A stretch of DNA of 64,000 bases from Chloroflexota bacterium (GTDB lineage Bacteria; Chloroflexota; Dehalococcoidia; Lucifugimonadales; Australimonadaceae), in assembly GCA_027618515.1 (NCBI GenBank), contig JAQCEV010000002.1:17029-81028 (forward strand). The letters are read 5' to 3'. A model generated the notes under the pieces. It saw only the letters and a program-made list of their open reading frames with translations. It searched no databases and had not been told where the DNA came from. This document shows positions 17,688-25,004 of the stretch, in pieces (position 1 is the stretch's first letter; every line of letters begins with the position of its first letter). The translations under genes and the position numbers were made by a program.

Positions 17688-17721
17688 AAACGCCCCATGA
17701 CCATTCGGCCATGGGGCGTTT
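17688..17721 (-). terminator. Strong hairpin downstream of the UbiD operon
   Basis: AAACGCCCCATG-(10 nt)-CATGGGGCGTTT forms a perfect 12-bp stem. A second perfect hairpin, CTCTGGATC-A-GATCCAGAG, lies at 17748-17766 just after the UbiD stop. Confidence 0.5.
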
Positions 17722-17774
17722 GCAGGACAGGACTCGGGAGGAGTGAGCTCTGGATCAGATCCAGAGTGGGGGAC

Positions 17775-19247
17775 CTAGGACAGACCGTATTCCTTCCAGC
17801 GGGACGCTACCCGGGCCATGAGATCCATGCTGGGTTTCGCGATGGGCGGCAGCGGGTGGTTGTACTTCTTGAAGCCGAAGGTGGCGTCGATGCCCATTCC
17901 GTGGGTTGGGGGGATGAACTCGACCGTGCCTGGGAATGGAATCGCCTCCGGGTACTCAGCGCCGATCCACATGTGGTCTTCCGGGGTAACTGACGAGACG
18001 ATCCGCCAGAGAACGTCATTCCAGTCACGGACGTCGCAGTCCTCGTCGACGACGATGACCCAGCGATAGCGCATGTGTTCGTAGGCTGCGTCGATGATCT
18101 GCTTGGGTTGCTCAACAGCGGTGATTTGGGCGCGAATGATCAGGAATCCGGATCGTCCCGCATCAGGGAAGAACACTTCTTTGATGTTCGTGTAGCCGGA
18201 CTTGCTGACAAGCGTGTTGAGCAATGTGTTGGACCGCATCAGGGGCCGTGGGTAGTCTTCGATGCGACCACACGTGAGGCCGAATGAGACGGGGTTGCTG
18301 CGGTGGGTGATGGCTGTGATCTTCACCATGAATGACAGGGGACACTGGTTGTAGAACCCGGTCGATTCCCCGTGAGGGCCGTCATTCACGCGCTCGAATG
18401 GGACGACTTCGCCCTCAAGGATGATCTCGGCGTTCGCAGGAACCATCAGGTCGTTGGTCTCGCACTTCACGAGGTCGACGGGACGTCCAGCCCATGCGCC
18501 TGCAGCTTCGTACTCCATGTAGCCGTTTTCGTCCGCAGGGATGGCCGTGCCAGCCGACAGGGTCAGCAGTGGGTCCATCCCCAAGACGATGGCGCATGGT
18601 GTCGGGAGGCCGTTCTTTTCGTTGTCCAAGATGTGAGCGGCGCCGTTGCGGTCGCCGATCCCACCATAGCCGGAACCGAGGGGGGCATCAGCGCCAACTT
18701 CCCAGTTGCCCATGATTTCGACGGTGGTCGTGTTTTTGTCGAGGATCATGGAACGGTACTGGCCCATGTTCAGGTTCCCGTTCTTGGGGTCACGGGTGAC
18801 GAATCCGGCGGTCGTCGAGATGTATCTCCCGCCGTCGAGCTCATGCCACTTGGGCGTAGGGAAGATATCTAGGTCGACGTCCTCGCCGAGGATCTTGACG
18901 TCCTTCACGGGGCCAGTGGGAACCTCGGTGGATTTCAGCCTGTTCTGCATCCCATCCTGGATGATGTCGCGCAAGGATTCCCAGTTCGGATCGCCGTTGA
19001 GGGCGACCCCCAGTTGATCCTCGCGGTACATCACGTTCGCGACGAAAGGCATTCCGGGGTAATCCTTCACGTTCTCGAACCAGAGGCCTGGGCCATCCTT
19101 GACCAGGGATCGATAGGCTATGCCGCCGATCTCCTCGTCCCAATCGACCTCCGTGCTAACGCGCTTCAACATCCCCTGATCTTCCAGGAGTTTGAGGTAA
19201 CCGCGGAGGTCATCGTAGCCAACTGTCTTCCGTATCTCGCTTGTCAT
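17775..19247 (-). CDS. UbiD-family prenyl-FMN-dependent (de)carboxylase, apparently intact
   Basis: ORF 17775-19379 trimmed to the ATG at 19247, preceded by AGGAGA. It aligns along its full length with the UbiD layout: LRGYLKLLEDQG.L, WFENVKDYPG, FPTPKWHELDGGRY, the catalytic loop ERVNDGPHGESTGFY, and the C-terminus ...ARVASRWKEYGLS. Confidence 0.85.
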   Translation of the reverse strand: MTSEIRKTVGYDDLRGYLKLLEDQGMLKRVSTEVDWDEEIGGIAYRSLVKDGPGLWFENVKDYPGMPFVANVMYREDQLGVALNGDPNWESLRDIIQDGMQNRLKSTEVPTGPVKDVKILGEDVDLDIFPTPKWHELDGGRYISTTAGFVTRDPKNGNLNMGQYRSMILDKNTTTVEIMGNWEVGADAPLGSGYGGIGDRNGAAHILDNEKNGLPTPCAIVLGMDPLLTLSAGTAIPADENGYMEYEAAGAWAGRPVDLVKCETNDLMVPANAEIILEGEVVPFERVNDGPHGESTGFYNQCPLSFMVKITAITHRSNPVSFGLTCGRIEDYPRPLMRSNTLLNTLVSKSGYTNIKEVFFPDAGRSGFLIIRAQITAVEQPKQIIDAAYEHMRYRWVIVVDEDCDVRDWNDVLWRIVSSVTPEDHMWIGAEYPEAIPFPGTVEFIPPTHGMGIDATFGFKKYNHPLPPIAKPSMDLMARVASRWKEYGLS

Positions 19248-19284
19248 GCCTGTCTCCTGTAAGTCTCTTTCGGCGTCACTATCA

Positions 19285-20085
19285 CTAGTCGAGGCCGTAG
19301 AGGTATTTGATGAAATCGCGGCCTTCACTCGTGAATGATTCCGCGCGTTTGAGTAGAGGTTCAAGGTCGGCGGGGTCACCGTAGCCGGCGTTCAAGCCAG
19401 CAACGGCAGCTTTCTCTACGAATTCAGGGCTGGCGACGGTTGCCTTGAAGGCCGCGCGCCACGCCTGGAGGATTTCCGGTGGTGTGTCATCGGACAGGAT
19501 GAACATGCGGATGAAGTCTTCCGCAGCTTCACCAACCTGGAACGCGTCCTGCTGCTCCTGTGTTGCGCTGACGATATCAAAGATGTTCGGCGGCTGCGTG
19601 GCTCCGAGGGCGTCAAGCCATTCCTGGGAGATCGGGATGTCCCACCAGTAGAGCGGCACGATGCTGTCGTTCTCAAGCCACTCAGGGAACAGGCCCTGAA
19701 CCAGCGAGAAGTCGCATGCGGGAGTTCCATCGAGCTCGCCGCGATCAACAGCCGCCTGCATCTCCGAGGTACCGCCGTAGCCGGTGATCACTTTCATGGG
19801 GCCACCGAGGTATACACGCTCGGGGTTGTGGGGGTCGACGGTCACGCATTGGACCTTCCCCGGGCCTTTACGTCCGCGATTGGGACGCTGCCACGTCTCG
19901 CCAGCGTCGTCGCTGGTCCATACCCCGTCACCTCGCGTTCCCGCGAATGCGCGTCCAGACGGCGACACGGCGACGTCAGTGACGGACCATCCCGCCAAGC
20001 TGGACGAAGTTACGTCCCATTTCCCTGCGTCGCTCCGTACCGTAACGACGCCTGCGTCCGTTGCGAGCAACAAGTCTTCCGCCAT
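19285..20085 (-). CDS. Chimeric ORF: BNR/Asp-box beta-propeller N-terminal fragment fused to the C-terminal half of a TctC-like solute-binding protein
   Basis: ORF trimmed to the ATG at 20085, preceded by AGGAGA. Residues 1-95 (LLLATDAGV...GDGVWTSDDAGETW...VTVDPHNPERVYLGG) look like the first blades of a BNR/YVTN propeller. From residue 96 (PMKVITGYGGTSEMQAAVDRGELDG...DDTPPEILQAWRAAFKATVASPEFVEKAAVAGL) it looks like the second lobe of a tripartite-tricarboxylate-type binding protein. No signal peptide is present. Confidence 0.5.
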   Translation of the reverse strand: MAEDLLLATDAGVVTVRSDAGKWDVTSSSLAGWSVTDVAVSPSGRAFAGTRGDGVWTSDDAGETWQRPNRGRKGPGKVQCVTVDPHNPERVYLGGPMKVITGYGGTSEMQAAVDRGELDGTPACDFSLVQGLFPEWLENDSIVPLYWWDIPISQEWLDALGATQPPNIFDIVSATQEQQDAFQVGEAAEDFIRMFILSDDTPPEILQAWRAAFKATVASPEFVEKAAVAGLNAGYGDPADLEPLLKRAESFTSEGRDFIKYLYGLD

Positions 20086-20304
20086 GTGCGATCTCCTCAT
20101 CGGTTGCGAGTGGGTTTGCGGACGGGTGATATACCACATCGCCCGCATAGTCAATTATTTCGTAGCTGCTTGCGCCTGAACACGAATGCTTTTGCGCGAG
20201 CGGCGTGGAGGACTTACGAAGTTGACGCGGTATACCTGCAAAGATAGTCTGCATCCGCTTCTAGCAGTAGAAGCGCACCCCCGAAGCTTCCGAAGGAGGA
20301 TCGC

Positions 20305-21648
20305 TTGGCTGACGCACAACACCGGGTCGCTTACACCGACATGCGTGAGTTCATCGAATTGCTTGATGCGAAGGGGCTCGTTCACCGGGTGACCGCCGAG
20401 GTCGATCCCGTACACGAGCTTGGCGCCATCACGGCCAGGTCATTGGATCGCCACGGGCCCGCGATCATCTTCGAGAACGTCAAGGGCTACCCGAACAAGC
20501 CGATGGTGGTCAATCTGCTGTCGACGCCGGAACAGGTGGCGTTGGCTTTCGGAACTGAGCCTACAGAAGAGCAGGTGCAGGGGGCCGTGGTGCGAGGAAT
20601 GGACCATCGCCTCCCGTCCTTGGAGGTTGAGACCGGCCCGTGTAAGGACGTCATCTTGATGGGTGATGACGCCGACCTCAACTTCATTCCCACGCCTGTG
20701 TGGCATGAGCACGATGGCGGTCAGTTCCTGGCAACCACGGCAGGAATCGTCACCCGCGACCCGCTGCCGGGGATACTGAACGTCGGGCTTTACCGGACGA
20801 TGATCAAGGACAAGCACACGATGAGCTTGGCCGGCGGCATCCGAGGACGCGCCTCGTCGACCGGCCCCGGCGGCGGTGACCACATCTTGGACAACGAGGC
20901 TGTGGGCAAGCCGACCCCCATCGCGGTCATCATGGGCACCGACCCGCTGGTGACACTCGCTGCGGGGAGCCCGGTGCGGCCCAACGGCGGCGAGCTTGAA
21001 GGCTCCATGGAGTACGAAGCGGCAGACGGCTGGCGCGGTGAGGGCACCAAGCTCGTGAAGTGCGAAACCAGCGACCTGCTGGTGCCGGCGGACGCCGAGG
21101 TGGTGATCGAGGGCTTCGTCGTTCCTAACGAACGCACGAGCGAGGGGCCATGGAAGGCCGATAAGGTAGCGGCCGAGGGTGTTGTGCTGGATCGTACCGC
21201 CGTCTACGAGCTGGGTTTGAAAGTAGAAAACATTACTCCTGTGAGTCTCGAAGACAAAACGCGTTTGGTTGCGTTGAAACAGGTTGTCACCCAACTAACT
21301 ACCAAAGCTCTTTTAGACGCCTCGGAGAGTTCAGCTCAAGAGGAAGTGACCACGATGGTAGCTAAAATGCTCATGGCATGGGGGAGCGGGAATACGGGCC
21401 TCGAAAACGCGTTGGCGAGCCGATTCGACACCGCCCCACTGAAGAACGGCCTCTGTCCCAAGTGCAGCCAAACGCTCGATTGGACACCTGAGACAAAGGC
21501 CATTGACACCAAAACGATGGCGATGGTAACGGTTTATCACAGCGCGTCGCTCAAATTCAAGGACAACGAGTTCCCACCCGTCAACAAGGTGAGCCGTGAG
21601 CTGACCGCGAAGGTTGCGGCCCGCTGGGACGAGTTGGGATTGCCGTAG
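20305..21648 (+). CDS. UbiD-family paralog with its catalytic loop and C-terminal domain replaced by unrelated sequence
   Basis: The TTG start follows GAAGGAGGA. Residues 1-283 are collinear with the UbiD at 17775-19247 up to ...VVPNERTSEGPW. The last ~25 aa (FPPVNKVSRELTAKVAARWDELGLP) match the UbiD C-terminus. The ~139 codons between them (21154-21570) do not match. Confidence 0.7.
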   Translation: MADAQHRVAYTDMREFIELLDAKGLVHRVTAEVDPVHELGAITARSLDRHGPAIIFENVKGYPNKPMVVNLLSTPEQVALAFGTEPTEEQVQGAVVRGMDHRLPSLEVETGPCKDVILMGDDADLNFIPTPVWHEHDGGQFLATTAGIVTRDPLPGILNVGLYRTMIKDKHTMSLAGGIRGRASSTGPGGGDHILDNEAVGKPTPIAVIMGTDPLVTLAAGSPVRPNGGELEGSMEYEAADGWRGEGTKLVKCETSDLLVPADAEVVIEGFVVPNERTSEGPWKADKVAAEGVVLDRTAVYELGLKVENITPVSLEDKTRLVALKQVVTQLTTKALLDASESSAQEEVTTMVAKMLMAWGSGNTGLENALASRFDTAPLKNGLCPKCSQTLDWTPETKAIDTKTMAMVTVYHSASLKFKDNEFPPVNKVSRELTAKVAARWDELGLP

Positions 21649-21659
21649 GGCAGGGAGTC

Positions 21660-22088
21660 ATGTCAACAGATCTAGGCAAACAACTTCCAGACGACCTGTT
21701 TCATCAGCTTTCAGAAGTAGATCAGTCAGAGCAGGGAGGCAAAGCCATCCCCATCTGCACGGTGGACGCCGACGGTTGGGCACACCCTGCTTTGCTAAGC
21801 TACGGTGAAGTGGGCGCGCGAGACCGGTCTACGCTCAGGGTCATGACGTTCGATGGCACCAAAACCACCGAGAACCTTCGGGGGAACGGTCGGTTGACGA
21901 TACTGTTCATCGACGACACGATGACGTATTACGTGAAAGGCGTAGCTAAGGAGATCCCCGCTGCTCGAGTGGGCGGCGGGCCAGGGCACGCCTACATGGA
22001 TATCGCGATCTCTCACGTGCTCTCGGATGCTCCAGGCGCGGGGGAAGAGGGAGCGAGGATCACCTCGGGAATCATGTTCAAGTGGTAG
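21660..22088 (+). CDS. Pyridoxamine 5'-phosphate oxidase-like FMN-binding split-barrel protein
   Basis: 142 aa. The pattern ...ICTVDADGWAHPALLSYGEV......LRVMTFDGTKTTENLRGNGRLTILFID...YYVKG fits PNPOx-like family proteins. It lies between the UbiD-like gene and ubiX. Confidence 0.55.
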   Translation: MSTDLGKQLPDDLFHQLSEVDQSEQGGKAIPICTVDADGWAHPALLSYGEVGARDRSTLRVMTFDGTKTTENLRGNGRLTILFIDDTMTYYVKGVAKEIPAARVGGGPGHAYMDIAISHVLSDAPGAGEEGARITSGIMFKW

Positions 22089-22092
22089 CAGA

Positions 22093-22674
22093 ATGCGAAA
22101 AATAATCGTCGGCATCAGCGGCTCATCGTCGCCGATCTACGGGATACAGACGCTCAAGACACTCAGTGCGATGCCGGATATCGAGACCCACCTGATCTTG
22201 TCGGAAGGTGCACACCTCTCGATCGCCTACGAGGCTCCAGAATGGCCTATCGCCGACATCGAGGCCATGGCCGACGTGGTGCACGACCCACGCAACATGG
22301 CAGCGGCGGTTTCAAGTGGCTCGTTCAAGACTGACGGTATGGTCATCGTGCCATGCTCGATGAAGAGCCTCGCTGCGTTGGCGCACTCGTACAACAGTGA
22401 CCTGATCGTCCGTGCGGCTGACGTATGCCTGAAGGAGCGCCGACGGCTTGTGGTGGTCGCCAGGGAGACGCCGTTGCACCGAGGCCACCTAGTCAACATG
22501 CTCGCCGTTACGGACATGGGAGGCATCATCTTGCCGCCGATCCCCGGTTTCTACTCACAGCCCAAGACGATCATGGACCTGGTCCATCACACCGTGGGTA
22601 AGATACTCGATCTTTTGGACATCGAGAACGACGAGTTCAAACGGTGGACGGGCGAGCCTCTATCGGACGAGTGA
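22093..22674 (+). CDS. ubiX: Flavin prenyltransferase UbiX
   Basis: ORF trimmed to the ATG at 22093. It carries MRKIIVGISGSSSPIYGI..LK.L, MVIVPCSMKSLAALAHSYNSDLIVRAADVCLKERRRLVVVARETPLH and GGIILPPIPGFY, all hallmark UbiX/Pad1 motifs. Confidence 0.9.
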   Translation: MRKIIVGISGSSSPIYGIQTLKTLSAMPDIETHLILSEGAHLSIAYEAPEWPIADIEAMADVVHDPRNMAAAVSSGSFKTDGMVIVPCSMKSLAALAHSYNSDLIVRAADVCLKERRRLVVVARETPLHRGHLVNMLAVTDMGGIILPPIPGFYSQPKTIMDLVHHTVGKILDLLDIENDEFKRWTGEPLSDE

Positions 22675-22809
22675 GTCCGGTGAGAGCGGGCCTAGATCTC
22701 TCTTGGAAACAAGCGCTGATAAGTAAACTGACCAGTCCGTTTAGATGTGATTTAGAGGCAACCGCATCTCAAGCAGCGGCAATCTCAACGTTCAGGTAGG
22801 TAATAGAGT

Positions 22810-22884
22810 TGGAGCGGGAGACCGGATTCGAACCGGCGACAACCTGCTTGGAAGGCAGGAGCTCTACCACTGAGCTACTCCCGC
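22810..22884 (-). tRNA. tRNA-Gly (anticodon UCC), CCA encoded
   Basis: The minus strand reads GCGGGAG-TA-GCTC-AGTGGTA-GAGC-T-CCTGC-CTTCCAA-GCAGG-TTGTC-GCCGG-TTCGAAT-CCGGT-CTCCCGC-T-CCA. It folds into a full cloverleaf with all four stems paired, and the anticodon loop carries TCC. Confidence 0.9.
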
Positions 22885-22896
22885 TCGAGGGAGCGA

Positions 22897-23112
22897 TTAG
22901 GCCGCTGACGCGGCTTTGGGGCCAACGGTCGCGAGCAGGGCTCCCGACGCAAAGACTATCTCATTCACGGCATCATCAAACGCCGTCGTTAGGGCTGCCG
23001 AGGGCTTACGGATGCCGGTGATCTTCCTGACGAATTGCACTGCGGCCGCGCGGATCTCTGCTTCCGCAACGATCTCTTCTTCAGTTCTCAGGATACGGAT
23101 GCTACGGCACAC
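22897..23112 (-). CDS. DUF2277-family small protein
   Basis: 71 aa. MCRSIRIL...EIRAAAVQFVRKITGIRKPSAA...AFDDAVNEI matches my recollection of the conserved DUF2277 N-terminus (MCRNI..L....EIRAAALQ.VRK.SG..KPS). Confidence 0.6.
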   Translation of the reverse strand: MCRSIRILRTEEEIVAEAEIRAAAVQFVRKITGIRKPSAALTTAFDDAVNEIVFASGALLATVGPKAASAA

Positions 23113-23133
23113 GGCACACCCCCGCCTGGCAGT

Positions 23134-23595
23134 CTAGTCAGCTACTTCGAACACGGCATCGATGGACACTACTCCATCGAATGGGTTGCGTCCAACGCCC
23201 ATGGAGGAGCGAGCGTGCTTGCCTGCTTCGCCGTAAAGCTCCACGAGCAAGTCCGAGCACCCGTTGACCACTTGGGCGTAGCCGTTGAAGTCCGGCGTTG
23301 CCTGAACCATCCCGAAGATCTTGACCACGTGGGTGACCTTGTCGAGGTCGCCGACGATGCTCTTCACGTTGGTGAGCATCCGTAGGCACGTGCGTCGCGC
23401 GGCTTCGTAGGCGTCTTCGATGGTGCAGTCGGCACCCATCACGCCTGTGATGTTGGAGTCGTTGGAGCGGGGGCCAACTGCGGACGTAAAGACCAGATTG
23501 CCTGCGCGGTAGCCGACCAGGTAGCTGCCTGAAGGGGCAACGTGCTCCGGTAGGGTCAGTCCAAGTTCGGCTAGTTTGTCTTCAACTTTTGACAT
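23134..23595 (-). CDS. RidA/YjgF/UK114-family protein
   Basis: 153 aa with the typical RidA-family layout: ...LGLTLPE....G.Y......GNLVFTSA...G.....DAYEAARRTCLRMLTNVKS..GDLDKVTHVVKIFGMV....F......V.NG.S.L....G..G.HARS..GV...P....V.ID. Confidence 0.8.
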   Translation of the reverse strand: MSKVEDKLAELGLTLPEHVAPSGSYLVGYRAGNLVFTSAVGPRSNDSNITGVMGADCTIEDAYEAARRTCLRMLTNVKSIVGDLDKVTHVVKIFGMVQATPDFNGYAQVVNGCSDLLVELYGEAGKHARSSMGVGRNPFDGVVSIDAVFEVAD

Positions 23596-23680
23596 GTCAC
23601 ACTCGTTGCACTGGCGTTGGTGTAGCGTTCGAGGGCCGTAGGGAGCCCTCTGCGCTTTGGGGCATTATATGGGTGTCCGG

Positions 23681-24964
23681 CTAGGGAGGCGAGGGGTCGT
23701 TAGCTGCGATCGGACTAGCTTTGGTTTCCTTGCCAAACAAGAAGACCGTAGTCGCCCCTACGATGAGCATGCCTGAGACCACAGTGAAGGCGAGACCAAA
23801 GCTGTAGCGGTCAGCCAAGGTGCCGATGAACAACGGGCCGATGATCTGGCCCAGATTCATGAATAGTCCCCACACACCTAGGAAAGCCCCTCGCTTTTCC
23901 TCCGGCGCAAGGTCCATAGCGTAGACCTGCATGGTGCCCCAGCCGAATGCCTCGGAGAGTCCGAATGCCATCACCGCTACGACGGCGACCATGAATGTAG
24001 CGCCGAGGGTCATGGCATAGACCGCCGATGCGGTGACGAGCAACCCAAATAACAGGGATCGCTTCCGACCATAGCGGTCGGTAATGATGCCTGCGGGCAT
24101 AGTAGCGACGAGGGCGACTCCGCCGGCGATGGCGAGGAGCAGGCCTATCTGAACCTCGCTCAGGCCTGCTACTTCTTTGAAATGGGGTGGGAATAGCGTG
24201 CGGAACACACCAGTTCCACCGCCCACCATGCTGACGGTGAACGTGCCAATGGCCAAGGCTAGGAACGCTCGCGTTCTGAACATGGCAATATCGATACGCC
24301 GCTTGGTGCCAGGTGCTCTCGCGGGCTTGTCAGCGCGCTCGCGTCGCGTTTCCTTTATCCACAGGACGGTGACGATGATGACGATGACTTTGGTGGTCGC
24401 GATGAAAAAGAAGATGTACTTGAGGCCGAATACCACGCCGATGAGGCCAGCAGCAGCAGGGCCCAAGAGCAGGCCGATCCGCGCCGAAATCTCCCGCACT
24501 GCGACGACGCGACCGCGTGTCTCCAGACGGGTGGAGTCTGCCATGAGCACGTTCGCGCTGGTCATCCAGACTGAGATTCCGATGCCGCCGACGATCTCAA
24601 GCAATAGGAACGGCAGATAGCTGTCCACGAAGAAATCGCTGGTCATCGCGATGACGTGGAGCAGTGATCCGATGATGACGAATGGCTTGCGCCCAAAACG
24701 GTCGGTCAGGTAGCCGGTGAGGGGGCCTGTTACGAGTCGAGGCATGGCGCTGACGGATGAGATCACCGCTACGAGCAGGAACGTGCCACCGGTCTCATAA
24801 GCGAACAGGGGGCGGACGAGCCAGAGTCCACCGGTGCCGAACGCCCAGAAGAAGTACATGAGGAAGACCGGAAACGTTTCCGGTCTGGTGAGGTCTTGGA
24901 TGAAGCGGCTTTTTGATTTCAAATAGTGGCCAAATAGGCGAGGGGCGCGGTCGGATGCTACCAC
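23681..24964 (-). CDS. MFS transporter (12-TMS type)
   Basis: 427 aa and highly hydrophobic, with MFS signature loops (GYLTDRFGRKP, ITDRYGRKRS). The GTG start is preceded by GAGGGA. Confidence 0.8.
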   Translation of the reverse strand: MVASDRAPRLFGHYLKSKSRFIQDLTRPETFPVFLMYFFWAFGTGGLWLVRPLFAYETGGTFLLVAVISSVSAMPRLVTGPLTGYLTDRFGRKPFVIIGSLLHVIAMTSDFFVDSYLPFLLLEIVGGIGISVWMTSANVLMADSTRLETRGRVVAVREISARIGLLLGPAAAGLIGVVFGLKYIFFFIATTKVIVIIVTVLWIKETRRERADKPARAPGTKRRIDIAMFRTRAFLALAIGTFTVSMVGGGTGVFRTLFPPHFKEVAGLSEVQIGLLLAIAGGVALVATMPAGIITDRYGRKRSLLFGLLVTASAVYAMTLGATFMVAVVAVMAFGLSEAFGWGTMQVYAMDLAPEEKRGAFLGVWGLFMNLGQIIGPLFIGTLADRYSFGLAFTVVSGMLIVGATTVFLFGKETKASPIAANDPSPP

Positions 24965-25004
24965 CTTTGTCCCTCATGCTTTAGGGCCAGAATAGAATGA
25001 CCTC

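Noticed and set aside
17775-19379. N-terminally extended versions of several ORFs in the track. Examples are UbiD at 534 aa, hisD from 28150, hisC from 29537, miaA from 47123, mobA from 13438 and ubiX from 22027.
   Set aside because: The extensions overlap upstream genes and are low-complexity. They also precede internal ATGs that have good SD sites and match the conserved family N-termini. I used the trimmed coordinates instead.
20440-21294. A 284-aa minus-strand ORF antisense to the UbiD-like gene
   Set aside because: It is a shadow ORF. Notably it ends (its N-terminus) where the low-GC3 segment begins, consistent with a compositional effect rather than coding.
22675-23140. tRNA-Gly locus considered as an integration hotspot for a genomic island
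   Set aside because: No integrase, direct repeat of the tRNA 3' end, or phage/IS gene is visible on either side. The neighbours are DUF2277, RidA and ubiX.
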